Source: an uncultured archaeon
GTDB lineage: Archaea; Nanobdellota; Nanobdellia; Pacearchaeales; GW2011-AR1
Length of the DNA stretch: 59,337 nucleotides
Reading direction: 5' to 3'
NCBI GenBank assembly: GCA_965365175.1
Contig: CBDUAR010000001.1
Coordinates: forward strand, 1 to 59,337
The first letter of the stretch is position 1. Every line of letters starts with the position of its first letter. Positions 45,149-53,896 of this stretch are shown one piece after another. The notes under the pieces are model-generated. The model was not told the origin of the DNA. It did no database searches and was given only the letters and a program-made list of their open reading frames with translations. The position numbers and the translations under genes were made by a program.

Positions 45149-46336
45149 TTAAACTTTATTAAACTCGTCTAGTAGTTTAAAAAAGTCTTTTTTGTCTAGA
45201 GTTTTATCAACTTCACTCAACCCAATATGTTCTGCCATTTTCCAAAACGCTTCTGGCCTATACTTTTGTTTTCTTAATGAAATAAGTGTTGGAAGTTTAG
45301 GATCATCCCATCCCTTATATTTTCCAGATTCGATCTCTTTTCTAAATAAAGAAGTTGATATTTCCATATCCTTAAAATGATATCTTCCCAAAAATCCTGT
45401 CCAAGGATATTTTTTCCCTAATGTTTCAAAAATTAATTCCTGTCTTTTAGCATTGTCCCGATGATCCTTACCTCTAATAATATGAGTCATTTTCATTTCA
45501 ATGTCATCTACCGAAACTGCCAAATTCATTAAAGGCCAAACCCTATATTTTTTCTTCTGTCTTGGATGAGATGTTTCATTAATTCTAGCTAGGGGAAAAT
45601 CTCTCATTGCAGGATTTTTGTGTTTCATATCTGATTTAAATCTTAAAACTGCTTCTCCTTCTTTAAATCCTTTAAACATTTTTTTCCATCTTTCCGATTG
45701 ATCCTTAAGATCTCTACAAGGACAATCTTTTTTATTTTCTGCCAGCTCTTTAAATTCTTCAGAAGAACAAGTACAAACATAAGCAGCTCCCTTTTTAATC
45801 AATTTTTCAGCATACTTATAATATAATTCCATTCTATCTGACTGTATCGCAACAATCGCCTTATCTTTTGTTAACCATTTAGCATCTTCTTCAATCATCT
45901 TATATGCTTTAGGATCAATATTCTCTGGATTTGTATCTTCAATTCTAACATAAAATTTTCCACCATACTCTCGAACATAATCAAAACTTAAAGAAGCATT
46001 AACTCCATGAAATAAATGCATCGGACCTGAAGCACTTGGGGCAATTCTCATAACAACACCTTTTCCAGCGTTTGGTAATTCGGGTAAACCTTCTCTTTCT
46101 TCTCTTTCACTCAAAAGATCCTTAACTTTTTCAAACTCGCTTTTCTGTTCATCAGGTGTCATTAAATTTACCGCCTTAACAATTTCAGAAATCTTCTTCC
46201 CATAAGTCTTCATATCTTCTTTTTTCAAACCTTCGTTAAATAAAGCAGAAATAACACTTCCTTGTTGAGCTTTACCTTCATAAGTTATAGCATTTTTTAA
46301 CGCATAACCTCTTATTTTTTTATCATCTATTTTCAT
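45149..46336 (-). CDS. gltX: glutamyl-tRNA synthetase-like protein (N-terminal helical domain + catalytic domain), lacking the anticodon-binding domain
   Basis: VVMRIAPSASGPMHLFH (HIGH region), FYVRIEDTNPE, THIIRGKDH, EISTS...GWDDPKLPTL; ends after about 395 aa. Confidence 0.75.
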   Translation of the reverse strand: MKIDDKKIRGYALKNAITYEGKAQQGSVISALFNEGLKKEDMKTYGKKISEIVKAVNLMTPDEQKSEFEKVKDLLSEREEREGLPELPNAGKGVVMRIAPSASGPMHLFHGVNASLSFDYVREYGGKFYVRIEDTNPENIDPKAYKMIEEDAKWLTKDKAIVAIQSDRMELYYKYAEKLIKKGAAYVCTCSSEEFKELAENKKDCPCRDLKDQSERWKKMFKGFKEGEAVLRFKSDMKHKNPAMRDFPLARINETSHPRQKKKYRVWPLMNLAVSVDDIEMKMTHIIRGKDHRDNAKRQELIFETLGKKYPWTGFLGRYHFKDMEISTSLFRKEIESGKYKGWDDPKLPTLISLRKQKYRPEAFWKMAEHIGLSEVDKTLDKKDFFKLLDEFNKV

Positions 46337-46370
46337 AAACTAATTAATTAAGAACTATTAATAAAGGTTT

Positions 46371-46712
46371 TTAGTATCTGTGTCCGTCTTTTTTCTCAAG
46401 AACTTCAATTCTTTGTTGTAAGTGGTAAATTTGATTAGATAAATCTTCAATTTTATCTGTCATAGCCATAATTCTCCTAGCCAATTTTCTTCTCTTTTCA
46501 TCAGGATCAGAACTTTCAACGCTTGGAGTACTAGAAGTGGTAGTTGTACTAGACATACCAAAAATACCAAAGCCAGTAGGCTGAGAAGTTTCTGCAGGCT
46601 TTTCAATCTCTATAGTATCTTGAGCAACTTTAGCTGCTTGTTGTTTCTTATACCTCTCAGTTAAATCAATAACGTTGTCGTTTTTTTTCCCAAATAACCA
46701 TCCCATAATCAA
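46371..46712 (-). CDS. hypothetical coiled-coil protein with an amphipathic N-terminus
   Basis: MGWLFGKKND..., Ser/Thr linker, C-terminal heptad region KIEDLSNQIYHLQQRIEVLEKK. Confidence 0.45.
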   Translation of the reverse strand: MIMGWLFGKKNDNVIDLTERYKKQQAAKVAQDTIEIEKPAETSQPTGFGIFGMSSTTTTSSTPSVESSDPDEKRRKLARRIMAMTDKIEDLSNQIYHLQQRIEVLEKKDGHRY

Positions 46713-46802
46713 AATAATACTGTTCTCTTTTTAAACTTAGTTGTTCTGAAGACATACAAACATTTTTTAAACATCTCTTCATAATATTCTTATATAAAAA
46801 AG

Positions 46803-48248
46803 ATGGCAGAAATAAAGACTGTTCACGAGATTATTGAAGAAATTAGTCCATATTATGCTAGCAGAGTCAAAGCTAAAGAATCAGGGAAGATATCTTATGT
46901 ACCTGAAGCAGAACATAAATTAGTTTACGAGACCTATTCCGAAACATTAGAACCAATATACTATTTTGTACTTGATTTAATGGAAGATTTCGGTTTAAGG
47001 CCAGAAAAACTTATTGATAATTTTTCACCTTCTCCTGGGTCAACACAATTTGGAGAGATGGGTCAGAGAGCTTCACTAATGCAACAACATGCCCAAAGAA
47101 TTTTAGGAGATGTTAACACCGTATTGCGAAGTGTTCTAAATATTATTTATGATTTAAAGGATTTCAAAATAAGATTACAGTCTTATGATGATCTTCATTC
47201 AAGCGACGGAGTAATAAAAAATGCAGCTCGTTTATCATTGAAACAAATATGGATGGACAAAGTAGACATAAACAAAGGAAATTCGAGTATTAAGGCAATG
47301 GCAGTTCAAGGAGGGTTTCCAACATTAATCAATGCTTTTCTAGCTGCAAATAGCGTTCATGATGTAACTAAGCCAGTATCGGAAGGAGGCCTAGATTTAA
47401 ACGATGTTGTGAAAAGAGTTATCATTCCTAGAATTCAAGAATTCGAACAGTGGATAGTTCAATCAGAACAAGCATTAAGAAAGAGATATCAATTAGAAAA
47501 GACATATCTTAGAAGTCAAGCAAATAGTTTAAAGCTTTATTCAAGATGGGCAAAACCTTATTTGATTGCTGCTCAAAAATTAGAGCAAAAAACATCAAAA
47601 AATGCAGCTCTTGTTAATGTATTTAATAGAACAATATTGGAACTAACACTATTGGGAAAACACGGACTAAAAGTTAAAGATGCAGCAATAGAAGGAAAGC
47701 TTCCAAAAGAATTCCAGAATGAAAGATTCATAAAAAAATTAAGAAGAGGATATAATAGTTGTATTCTAGTTGATTTTTCTTTTAGAGCAGTCCCCCAACA
47801 GGGATCATACCTTGGGAGAGTTGATGTAACATTCAGAGGATATGCACTAAGTGACGATGAATTAGCAAAACTTAAACAAGAAATGGACAAATCAGATGTT
47901 AGTGATGCTCTAAATCTTATAGAAGGAACTACAGACGAAAGTATCTCCCAATTACAAGAAGACATTAACAGTTTCTTAGAAGAAAAAGATGAAGAAGAAG
48001 TTAAGGCCAAAGAGGCAGAAGAAAAAGATGTTAATCCTTTTTTAGCATTACTTGGAATTGGTGGAAAGAAAGAAGAGAAAAAAGAAAAGAAAGACGCAAA
48101 GAAAGAAGTGAAAGAAATCATTGTGCCAAAAGATAACTGGATAGAAAAAAATCATCTGAGAAAATTAGCAGCCGCGAATGCAGGAGATGTTGGATTCACA
48201 TTATTTGATATTTACAAAAAAGCCCATGGAATGGTAAGTTATACCTAA
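46803..48248 (+). CDS. hypothetical 481-aa protein
   Basis: Long uninterrupted ORF, largely helical, acidic/Lys linker near the C-terminus; no family recognised. Confidence 0.5.
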   Translation: MAEIKTVHEIIEEISPYYASRVKAKESGKISYVPEAEHKLVYETYSETLEPIYYFVLDLMEDFGLRPEKLIDNFSPSPGSTQFGEMGQRASLMQQHAQRILGDVNTVLRSVLNIIYDLKDFKIRLQSYDDLHSSDGVIKNAARLSLKQIWMDKVDINKGNSSIKAMAVQGGFPTLINAFLAANSVHDVTKPVSEGGLDLNDVVKRVIIPRIQEFEQWIVQSEQALRKRYQLEKTYLRSQANSLKLYSRWAKPYLIAAQKLEQKTSKNAALVNVFNRTILELTLLGKHGLKVKDAAIEGKLPKEFQNERFIKKLRRGYNSCILVDFSFRAVPQQGSYLGRVDVTFRGYALSDDELAKLKQEMDKSDVSDALNLIEGTTDESISQLQEDINSFLEEKDEEEVKAKEAEEKDVNPFLALLGIGGKKEEKKEKKDAKKEVKEIIVPKDNWIEKNHLRKLAAANAGDVGFTLFDIYKKAHGMVSYT

Positions 48249-48317
48249 TTATACCACTTTTAAGTTACAGTAAACAACAAGATTTATAAAGAATTTTACC
48301 TATTTCTTAAGACTAAA

Positions 48318-48974
48318 ATGGATAGAAAAATATTCGGAGATGAAGTAATGTTTGGGAGAAATGGTAAAATAAATAAAGGTCAAACCCCTCTACATAATAT
48401 GGATTCTGATGGAAGATATGCGGGACTAGGAGAAGGATTGGGCGAATTAGATACTGGGGAGTTTGATACAACTTCTGACGGATCTAAAAAAACTCCAAGA
48501 TATCAAAGACCCTCCACTTCGCCAAAAAGGGGAGTTAGTGGGAAATTAGAATATTATCCCGGATCAGACAACAGTAATGGATATTTAGGAAGATTCAGAG
48601 AAGAATTGGCAAGAGCAACAAGAGAAACGGAGGAAATTGATCCTTATTCTACAGATCCCTTGAGTGACATAAACCGAAGATTAGACACTTTCCTTTTGAG
48701 ACATGCTGGAAAAACATTCAGAGAGTTTGTAAGTGGAGTGGATTATTCTAAAATTAATGGAGATGATTATGGATCTTTAGGAAAGAGAGGGATAAAAATG
48801 AAATTATTTGAACACAGATCAACACTCTATCTTTTGGCATTAGAGGCATGCGAGAGAAGAGGAATCGATATAAAAGGATTACTAGAAGAAGCACAATCTG
48901 CACAATTTCCAAATTTAAAAAGAGATGAAAAAGAGCCAACATTAGAAGAGATTAAAGAGGCTTTAATAGAATAA
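48318..48974 (+). CDS. hypothetical protein
   Basis: 218-aa ORF; disordered Gly/Ser/Pro-rich N-half, helical C-half. Confidence 0.4.
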   Translation: MDRKIFGDEVMFGRNGKINKGQTPLHNMDSDGRYAGLGEGLGELDTGEFDTTSDGSKKTPRYQRPSTSPKRGVSGKLEYYPGSDNSNGYLGRFREELARATRETEEIDPYSTDPLSDINRRLDTFLLRHAGKTFREFVSGVDYSKINGDDYGSLGKRGIKMKLFEHRSTLYLLALEACERRGIDIKGLLEEAQSAQFPNLKRDEKEPTLEEIKEALIE

Positions 48975-48978
48975 TTTT

Positions 48979-49851
48979 TTATTTTGTTTTGTATTTAGCG
49001 CCACCAGTTGCTTCCTTCCATCCAACCTTTTTCATAAAATATTCAAAAACATTCTTTCCCTGCTGATTAAATCCGGGAATATCTTTTAAATCAACATAAT
49101 GTCCTGATGCGGCATTAAACCATTTAACTTTTCCTCCCTCAATAAAAACTTCTCCCGAACCATAAACTTTTTTTCCTCTTGCAAGAGTAGAATGGGGGAG
49201 TTTATGCAATCTATGGGAAAGATCTATCTTCTCTTTTTTCATTTGAGGCATTTCATGGAGAAATGTTTTTCTATTCGCAGCAATAAAATTTCCATCTTCA
49301 TCAACTACCCACAAATAAGTGGCATTTGCAGGTTGTCCAAAATGAACTAGTTTTCCTTTATTTTTCCCCTTAAGAGGAATATGGCTGGCTACATCAAGTA
49401 CTCTTCCTCCCTGAGATGCATGGCCCTCATAAAATTGTTCTTCATATGTAGCGCTTTTATTAGGTTTATCTTTGATAGGGCGCCATCCCCCAGTTATTGC
49501 CTTTTCAATTCTTTTCTGTATCGGAGTTCTTTCTTCTGGGGCCTCTAATGTTAGGTATTCTTGTTCAATATCTTGTACTATTGACCTCCAATTTATATCA
49601 TATTTTTTTAATGCATAGGGGGCACCCATTTTTTTCAAATCGTCTTCAATTGCCATGCCTTCTAATCCTCCTTCCCCACCTGATAACATCAGACCAATTC
49701 CTCCAGCAAGTAAAACAAGTCCAAGAATAAAACTAACAGAACTTCCAATCGAAGTAGATATTACTGCCCCGGTTATTTTACCATCTAATAAAAATGCAAT
49801 TCCCAAAATAATAAGACTAGCCCCAAGAACTCTCCTCTTTTTCATATTCAA
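48979..49851 (-). CDS. hypothetical membrane-anchored protein with a conserved-looking C-terminal globular domain
   Basis: Two N-terminal TM helices; C-terminal ...HSTLARGKKVYGSGEVFIEGGKVKWFNAASGHYVD. Confidence 0.5.
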   Translation of the reverse strand: MNMKKRRVLGASLIILGIAFLLDGKITGAVISTSIGSSVSFILGLVLLAGGIGLMLSGGEGGLEGMAIEDDLKKMGAPYALKKYDINWRSIVQDIEQEYLTLEAPEERTPIQKRIEKAITGGWRPIKDKPNKSATYEEQFYEGHASQGGRVLDVASHIPLKGKNKGKLVHFGQPANATYLWVVDEDGNFIAANRKTFLHEMPQMKKEKIDLSHRLHKLPHSTLARGKKVYGSGEVFIEGGKVKWFNAASGHYVDLKDIPGFNQQGKNVFEYFMKKVGWKEATGGAKYKTK

Positions 49852-49897
49852 CGTAGAAAAGAGATATTTTTATATATTTCTCTAGTCAATAAATAGT

Positions 49898-50464
49898 ATG
49901 CCAAAAAAGAAAGAAAAAGAAGAAGTTGAAGAATCTGAACTTGAAGAAGAACTTGAAGAAGAACCAGAAATTGATGTAGAAAAGTTAAACGAATTATTAG
50001 AATCTCAAGTAAAAAAAGAACCGGAAGTAGTTGAAGAAACACCAATTGTACGAAGAGGATCTCCTTCATTAGAAAAGGTTGAGATAGCAAGAGGACCTAA
50101 CTTTTCTCTAGAACAAGGAGTAGAATTAGAAACTCCGAGTATTGGAAAAAAAGAAGATACAAAATACGAAACAATAAAAGATCCTTCCGAGGATTACGAA
50201 AGAAATCCAAATAAAAAAGAAAACATACAATATGAGGGAGAACCAGAAGCAATTTCTGCATCATCTAATATTGATATGACAAATGTTGGAAGGGGACCAG
50301 AGAGAATGGGACAAGAATTCCACATGAGAACACCTGACGAATTAGGAAAGACTCCTGAAAGTGTAAGAAATTATGAAGCTATTCAGGCAAAGAGGAGTGA
50401 AGAGTTTAAAGGAGAAAAAACTGCTTTCCAAGAACAGATGGAAAGAAAGTACGAAAGAAGATAA
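49898..50464 (+). CDS. hypothetical acidic protein
   Basis: 188-aa ORF, Glu-rich N-terminus, probably disordered. Confidence 0.4.
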   Translation: MPKKKEKEEVEESELEEELEEEPEIDVEKLNELLESQVKKEPEVVEETPIVRRGSPSLEKVEIARGPNFSLEQGVELETPSIGKKEDTKYETIKDPSEDYERNPNKKENIQYEGEPEAISASSNIDMTNVGRGPERMGQEFHMRTPDELGKTPESVRNYEAIQAKRSEEFKGEKTAFQEQMERKYERR

Positions 50465-50497
50465 ATCTTTATTAATCCCCCATATTATTTCTAAGAG

Positions 50498-50971
50498 ATG
50501 GTAGATACGAGAAGACTAACTTTAAGAGAAGTGTTTTTTGAACAATATGAATCTGCACGGAGACATTTTTACCCCCAGATTGGCCTTGTAGGAGATAGTC
50601 CCGAAAGAGGATTTGCAAGAATTAGAGATAGTATTGGACATAGAGATGTAGCATTTTTATTGAAATGTTTTAGGTCTAATAGGTTTGCAAAAAAGGCTTC
50701 AATAGAAGACAGGAAAAGAGAATTAATTGCAATAGATAAGGATGATCTGAGTGATTCAGTAGTAAAAAATCTTTCTGAAATATATAATAGAGCTTCAGAT
50801 ACTGTTTACCTTAATCTTGGAGGGAATGTTGGCAATATGAGAATTGGATTCAGAAATATGGCTGGAAGAATGGAAAGTGTGCATGTTAGAGCCTCATTTA
50901 AGCTACAGGGAAAATCTTATACTTGGCAAGGTAGAGAAGGCTTTTACGAAGTTCATGCATTAAACTTCTAG
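50498..50971 (+). CDS. hypothetical protein
   Basis: 157-aa ORF; no motif recognised. Confidence 0.4.
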   Translation: MVDTRRLTLREVFFEQYESARRHFYPQIGLVGDSPERGFARIRDSIGHRDVAFLLKCFRSNRFAKKASIEDRKRELIAIDKDDLSDSVVKNLSEIYNRASDTVYLNLGGNVGNMRIGFRNMAGRMESVHVRASFKLQGKSYTWQGREGFYEVHALNF

Positions 50972-51622
50972 AGTATAATGAAACACTTTATCATAAGGAA
51001 TAAACCAACCTACTGTATTTTTTATTGATGCTTTCTCCCAAATCTTTCTGAATAATCTTATTGAATTACCATGAGCAGAAATTGCAACGTTTACTTTTTC
51101 CTTTTTCATAAACTTAATTAAATTTTTAATAAAAACTTTAACTCTTTCTTCTACCATCTTAAAACTTTCACCATGTGGAGGAGGATTATTCCACCCTCGA
51201 TGAATAATATTATATTCCTTCTCTCCCAAGAATCTCTGAACTTTCTTTCTTAATTGAGGATCAAGATTTTCAATAGCATCACCCTCTTTCTTTAAATCGT
51301 ACTCCCTTCTACCCATTTTAGTAATAAATGATTCATGAGTCTGCCCTTCTAGATCACCATAACTTCTTTCAATCATCCTATTAGCAGTAATTATTTCTTG
51401 ACATTCGGGATGGAATTTTAATACTTCTTTTAGAGTATCCTTACTTCTAGAAAGTTTAGTTTGGAATGCAACATCTATTTTTTTACCTTTTAGTTTCTTA
51501 GCAATAATCTTAGCATGCTTTATTCCTTCTTTTGTTAATTTAGAATCCTTCCAACCCGTAAAAATACCTTTAGTATTGTAAACAGTCTTTCCATGTCTGA
51601 ATAAATATATGTTTAGTTTCAT
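50960..51622 (-). CDS. histidine phosphatase family protein (phosphoglycerate mutase-like)
   Basis: LFRHGKT (RHG motif) and ISAHGNSIR (second His motif). Confidence 0.8.
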   Translation of the reverse strand: MKLNIYLFRHGKTVYNTKGIFTGWKDSKLTKEGIKHAKIIAKKLKGKKIDVAFQTKLSRSKDTLKEVLKFHPECQEIITANRMIERSYGDLEGQTHESFITKMGRREYDLKKEGDAIENLDPQLRKKVQRFLGEKEYNIIHRGWNNPPPHGESFKMVEERVKVFIKNLIKFMKKEKVNVAISAHGNSIRLFRKIWEKASIKNTVGWFIPYDKVFHYTLEV

Positions 51623-51664
51623 CCTCTCTTTAATCTATCAAAGAATCAAATATTATAAACTTAA

Positions 51665-51949
51665 CTAAGCAGCTTCACTTATTTTTATAACATAACCTCG
51701 TGCAATTCCTTCAGATCCTTTTCGCACATGACTTTCATTAAATTGCATTGTATCCCTAATTCCTGGAAAATATGAAGCGACTTCAATGTGACTAGCATTT
51801 TTGTGATCTGCCATTTGTCTACCCCTACAATCAGATAGATGAAAGTCATATTTTTTATTAGGGTCTAGCAAGATTAAAACATTCAATTCAAATGGGGGGA
51901 TTTCTCTACGTTTACCATTCTCTTCTAATATTGCTTTTAATCTTTCCAT
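51665..51949 (-). CDS. hypothetical protein
   Basis: 94-aa ORF; no motif recognised. Confidence 0.35.
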   Translation of the reverse strand: MERLKAILEENGKRREIPPFELNVLILLDPNKKYDFHLSDCRGRQMADHKNASHIEVASYFPGIRDTMQFNESHVRKGSEGIARGYVIKISEAA

Positions 51950-52048
51950 GAGAAGTAATCCACATTAAGGAATCCTTTTAAAGCTTTGGTTTAACAGTGT
52001 GAGGCAACCCTACGCAAACTATATAAATTATTTTTTACTACTTAAAAC

Positions 52049-53833
52049 ATGGTAAAAGAGAGTGATTATAGGATAAATGATTTCTATCAGGGAGGCTATT
52101 CTACTTTTAAGCCGGACTATTCTGCAGAGGGAATTTATACTGGAGCTCAAATTCCAGCATCACAGCTAGGAGCCCCAACAAAACCAGATACTGCAAACCA
52201 AATTGCGCAGGTAAGCATGCTTCTTAACCAAGGTATAGTTCCAATTGAAGTAGGAGCGCTAAGCCCAGAAGTTTTTGATCAAATTCCAAAACAACATTTT
52301 AAAGAAATAAATAGAATGGCTAAACTAGCAGGTTCAGACATTTCAGTTCATGCACCAATAATTGAAGCTTCAGGAATAGGAGATCAAGGATATAGTGAAT
52401 CTGCAAGAAAATTAGCAGAAGAACAATTTAAAGGAGTAATCGATAAAACAGCACCAATGAATGAAGCGGGGGGGATGTCAATCACAATTCACGGAGCTGC
52501 AAAGATTCCTGGAAAAGAATACAAAATAGATGAACACGGAAAAAAAGTAGTAGAAAAGATCTACGTTGTAAACAGAGAGACTGGAAAGGTTTCATCTGCG
52601 TTTGAAGAAGAAAAGAAATTTTATCCTTCAACAAAAGATTGGGAAAAAGGAACAGTACACTCTCCAGAAATACAGATAGATATACTAAATCATACTGAGT
52701 GGGATAATTCAATTTCACAATTAATGCATCATAAGGAAGATGCTGAATCTCGTATCAATGAAAATCTGGGATTAATTCCCGAAGAGTTAATGGGAAAGAT
52801 TCTCCAAGAAGCTCGAGAGGGAAAGAGCGATACAATTCGATTGTTGGGACCAACACAAAGAGAAGCTTACAGTAGGATAACCGCAGCACAACAATTCTTA
52901 GGTGACACTCAACAGAGTTTAAGCGGATTATTTAACAAGGCCTATAAGTTTGGATCAGATGATGATAGAGAAACACTGAAAAAAGCTTCTGAAAAATTTA
53001 AGGAAGATGCAAAACAAGGATTCTTAATTGGAGAAGCGAAAGCAGTTGAAAACATGCTAGTAACATTAAAGAGTATGCAACCAGAAGTATATCAGGATGT
53101 AGAAAAATTTGCCATCGATAAATCTGCAGACACTTTTGCAAACATAGCTCTTCACGCAGTAAATGAATACAAGGATAAAGCACCAACAATAAATGTTGAA
53201 AATTTATTTCCTGGAATGGCTTTCTCTCACGGAGAGGAGTTGGATAATTTAATCAAAACAAGTAGAAAGAAATTTGTTGAGAGAGCAACAGCACAAGGAG
53301 TATCACAATCAAAAGCAGAAGAACAAGCAGAAAAGGTAATAGGAGTTACATTAGATGTGGGACATCTAAACATTGCAAAAAAGAAAGGTTTCAAAGATAA
53401 GGATTTGTTGAAAGAAATGGAACAAATTGCAAAGCACGTAAAACACGTTCACTTAACAGACAATTTTGGTTATTCGGATTCACATTTATCCCCTGGAATG
53501 GGTAATGTTCCAATAAAAGAAATTTTAGAAAGATTAGAAAAAGAAGGATATGAAGGAAAAAAGATTGTAGAGGCTGGAGGATTAGTACAACATTTCGGAA
53601 AATCTCCATTACCTTATATGTTAGAGGCTTTTGGATCTCCAATATATCAAGGAGGCCCACAATGGAATCAGGCGATAGGATTATATCAATCATACTCTGG
53701 AGGATTTGGGCAGATGTTACCCTCGATAAATTATGAAACCTTTGGAGCAGGATGGTCAAACTTACCAGCAGAACTAGGAGGTTCAAGAGCTGGCGCACAA
53801 GGAAGTAGAATGAGTGGAAAAGGTATGGAGTAA
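52049..53833 (+). CDS. xylose-isomerase-like TIM-barrel protein carrying a helical insertion of about 250 aa
   Basis: The N-part SVHAPI...ITIHGA and the C-part LDVGHLN...HVHLTDNFGYSDSHLSPGMG resemble the AP-endonuclease-2/sugar-phosphate-isomerase barrel; the middle is coiled-coil-like. Confidence 0.55.
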   Translation: MVKESDYRINDFYQGGYSTFKPDYSAEGIYTGAQIPASQLGAPTKPDTANQIAQVSMLLNQGIVPIEVGALSPEVFDQIPKQHFKEINRMAKLAGSDISVHAPIIEASGIGDQGYSESARKLAEEQFKGVIDKTAPMNEAGGMSITIHGAAKIPGKEYKIDEHGKKVVEKIYVVNRETGKVSSAFEEEKKFYPSTKDWEKGTVHSPEIQIDILNHTEWDNSISQLMHHKEDAESRINENLGLIPEELMGKILQEAREGKSDTIRLLGPTQREAYSRITAAQQFLGDTQQSLSGLFNKAYKFGSDDDRETLKKASEKFKEDAKQGFLIGEAKAVENMLVTLKSMQPEVYQDVEKFAIDKSADTFANIALHAVNEYKDKAPTINVENLFPGMAFSHGEELDNLIKTSRKKFVERATAQGVSQSKAEEQAEKVIGVTLDVGHLNIAKKKGFKDKDLLKEMEQIAKHVKHVHLTDNFGYSDSHLSPGMGNVPIKEILERLEKEGYEGKKIVEAGGLVQHFGKSPLPYMLEAFGSPIYQGGPQWNQAIGLYQSYSGGFGQMLPSINYETFGAGWSNLPAELGGSRAGAQGSRMSGKGME

Positions 53834-53896
53834 TCACTCTCATTTGATGAATTAATTAAATTTAAAAACCGAAAATACTATATAAAGGAAAGAAAG

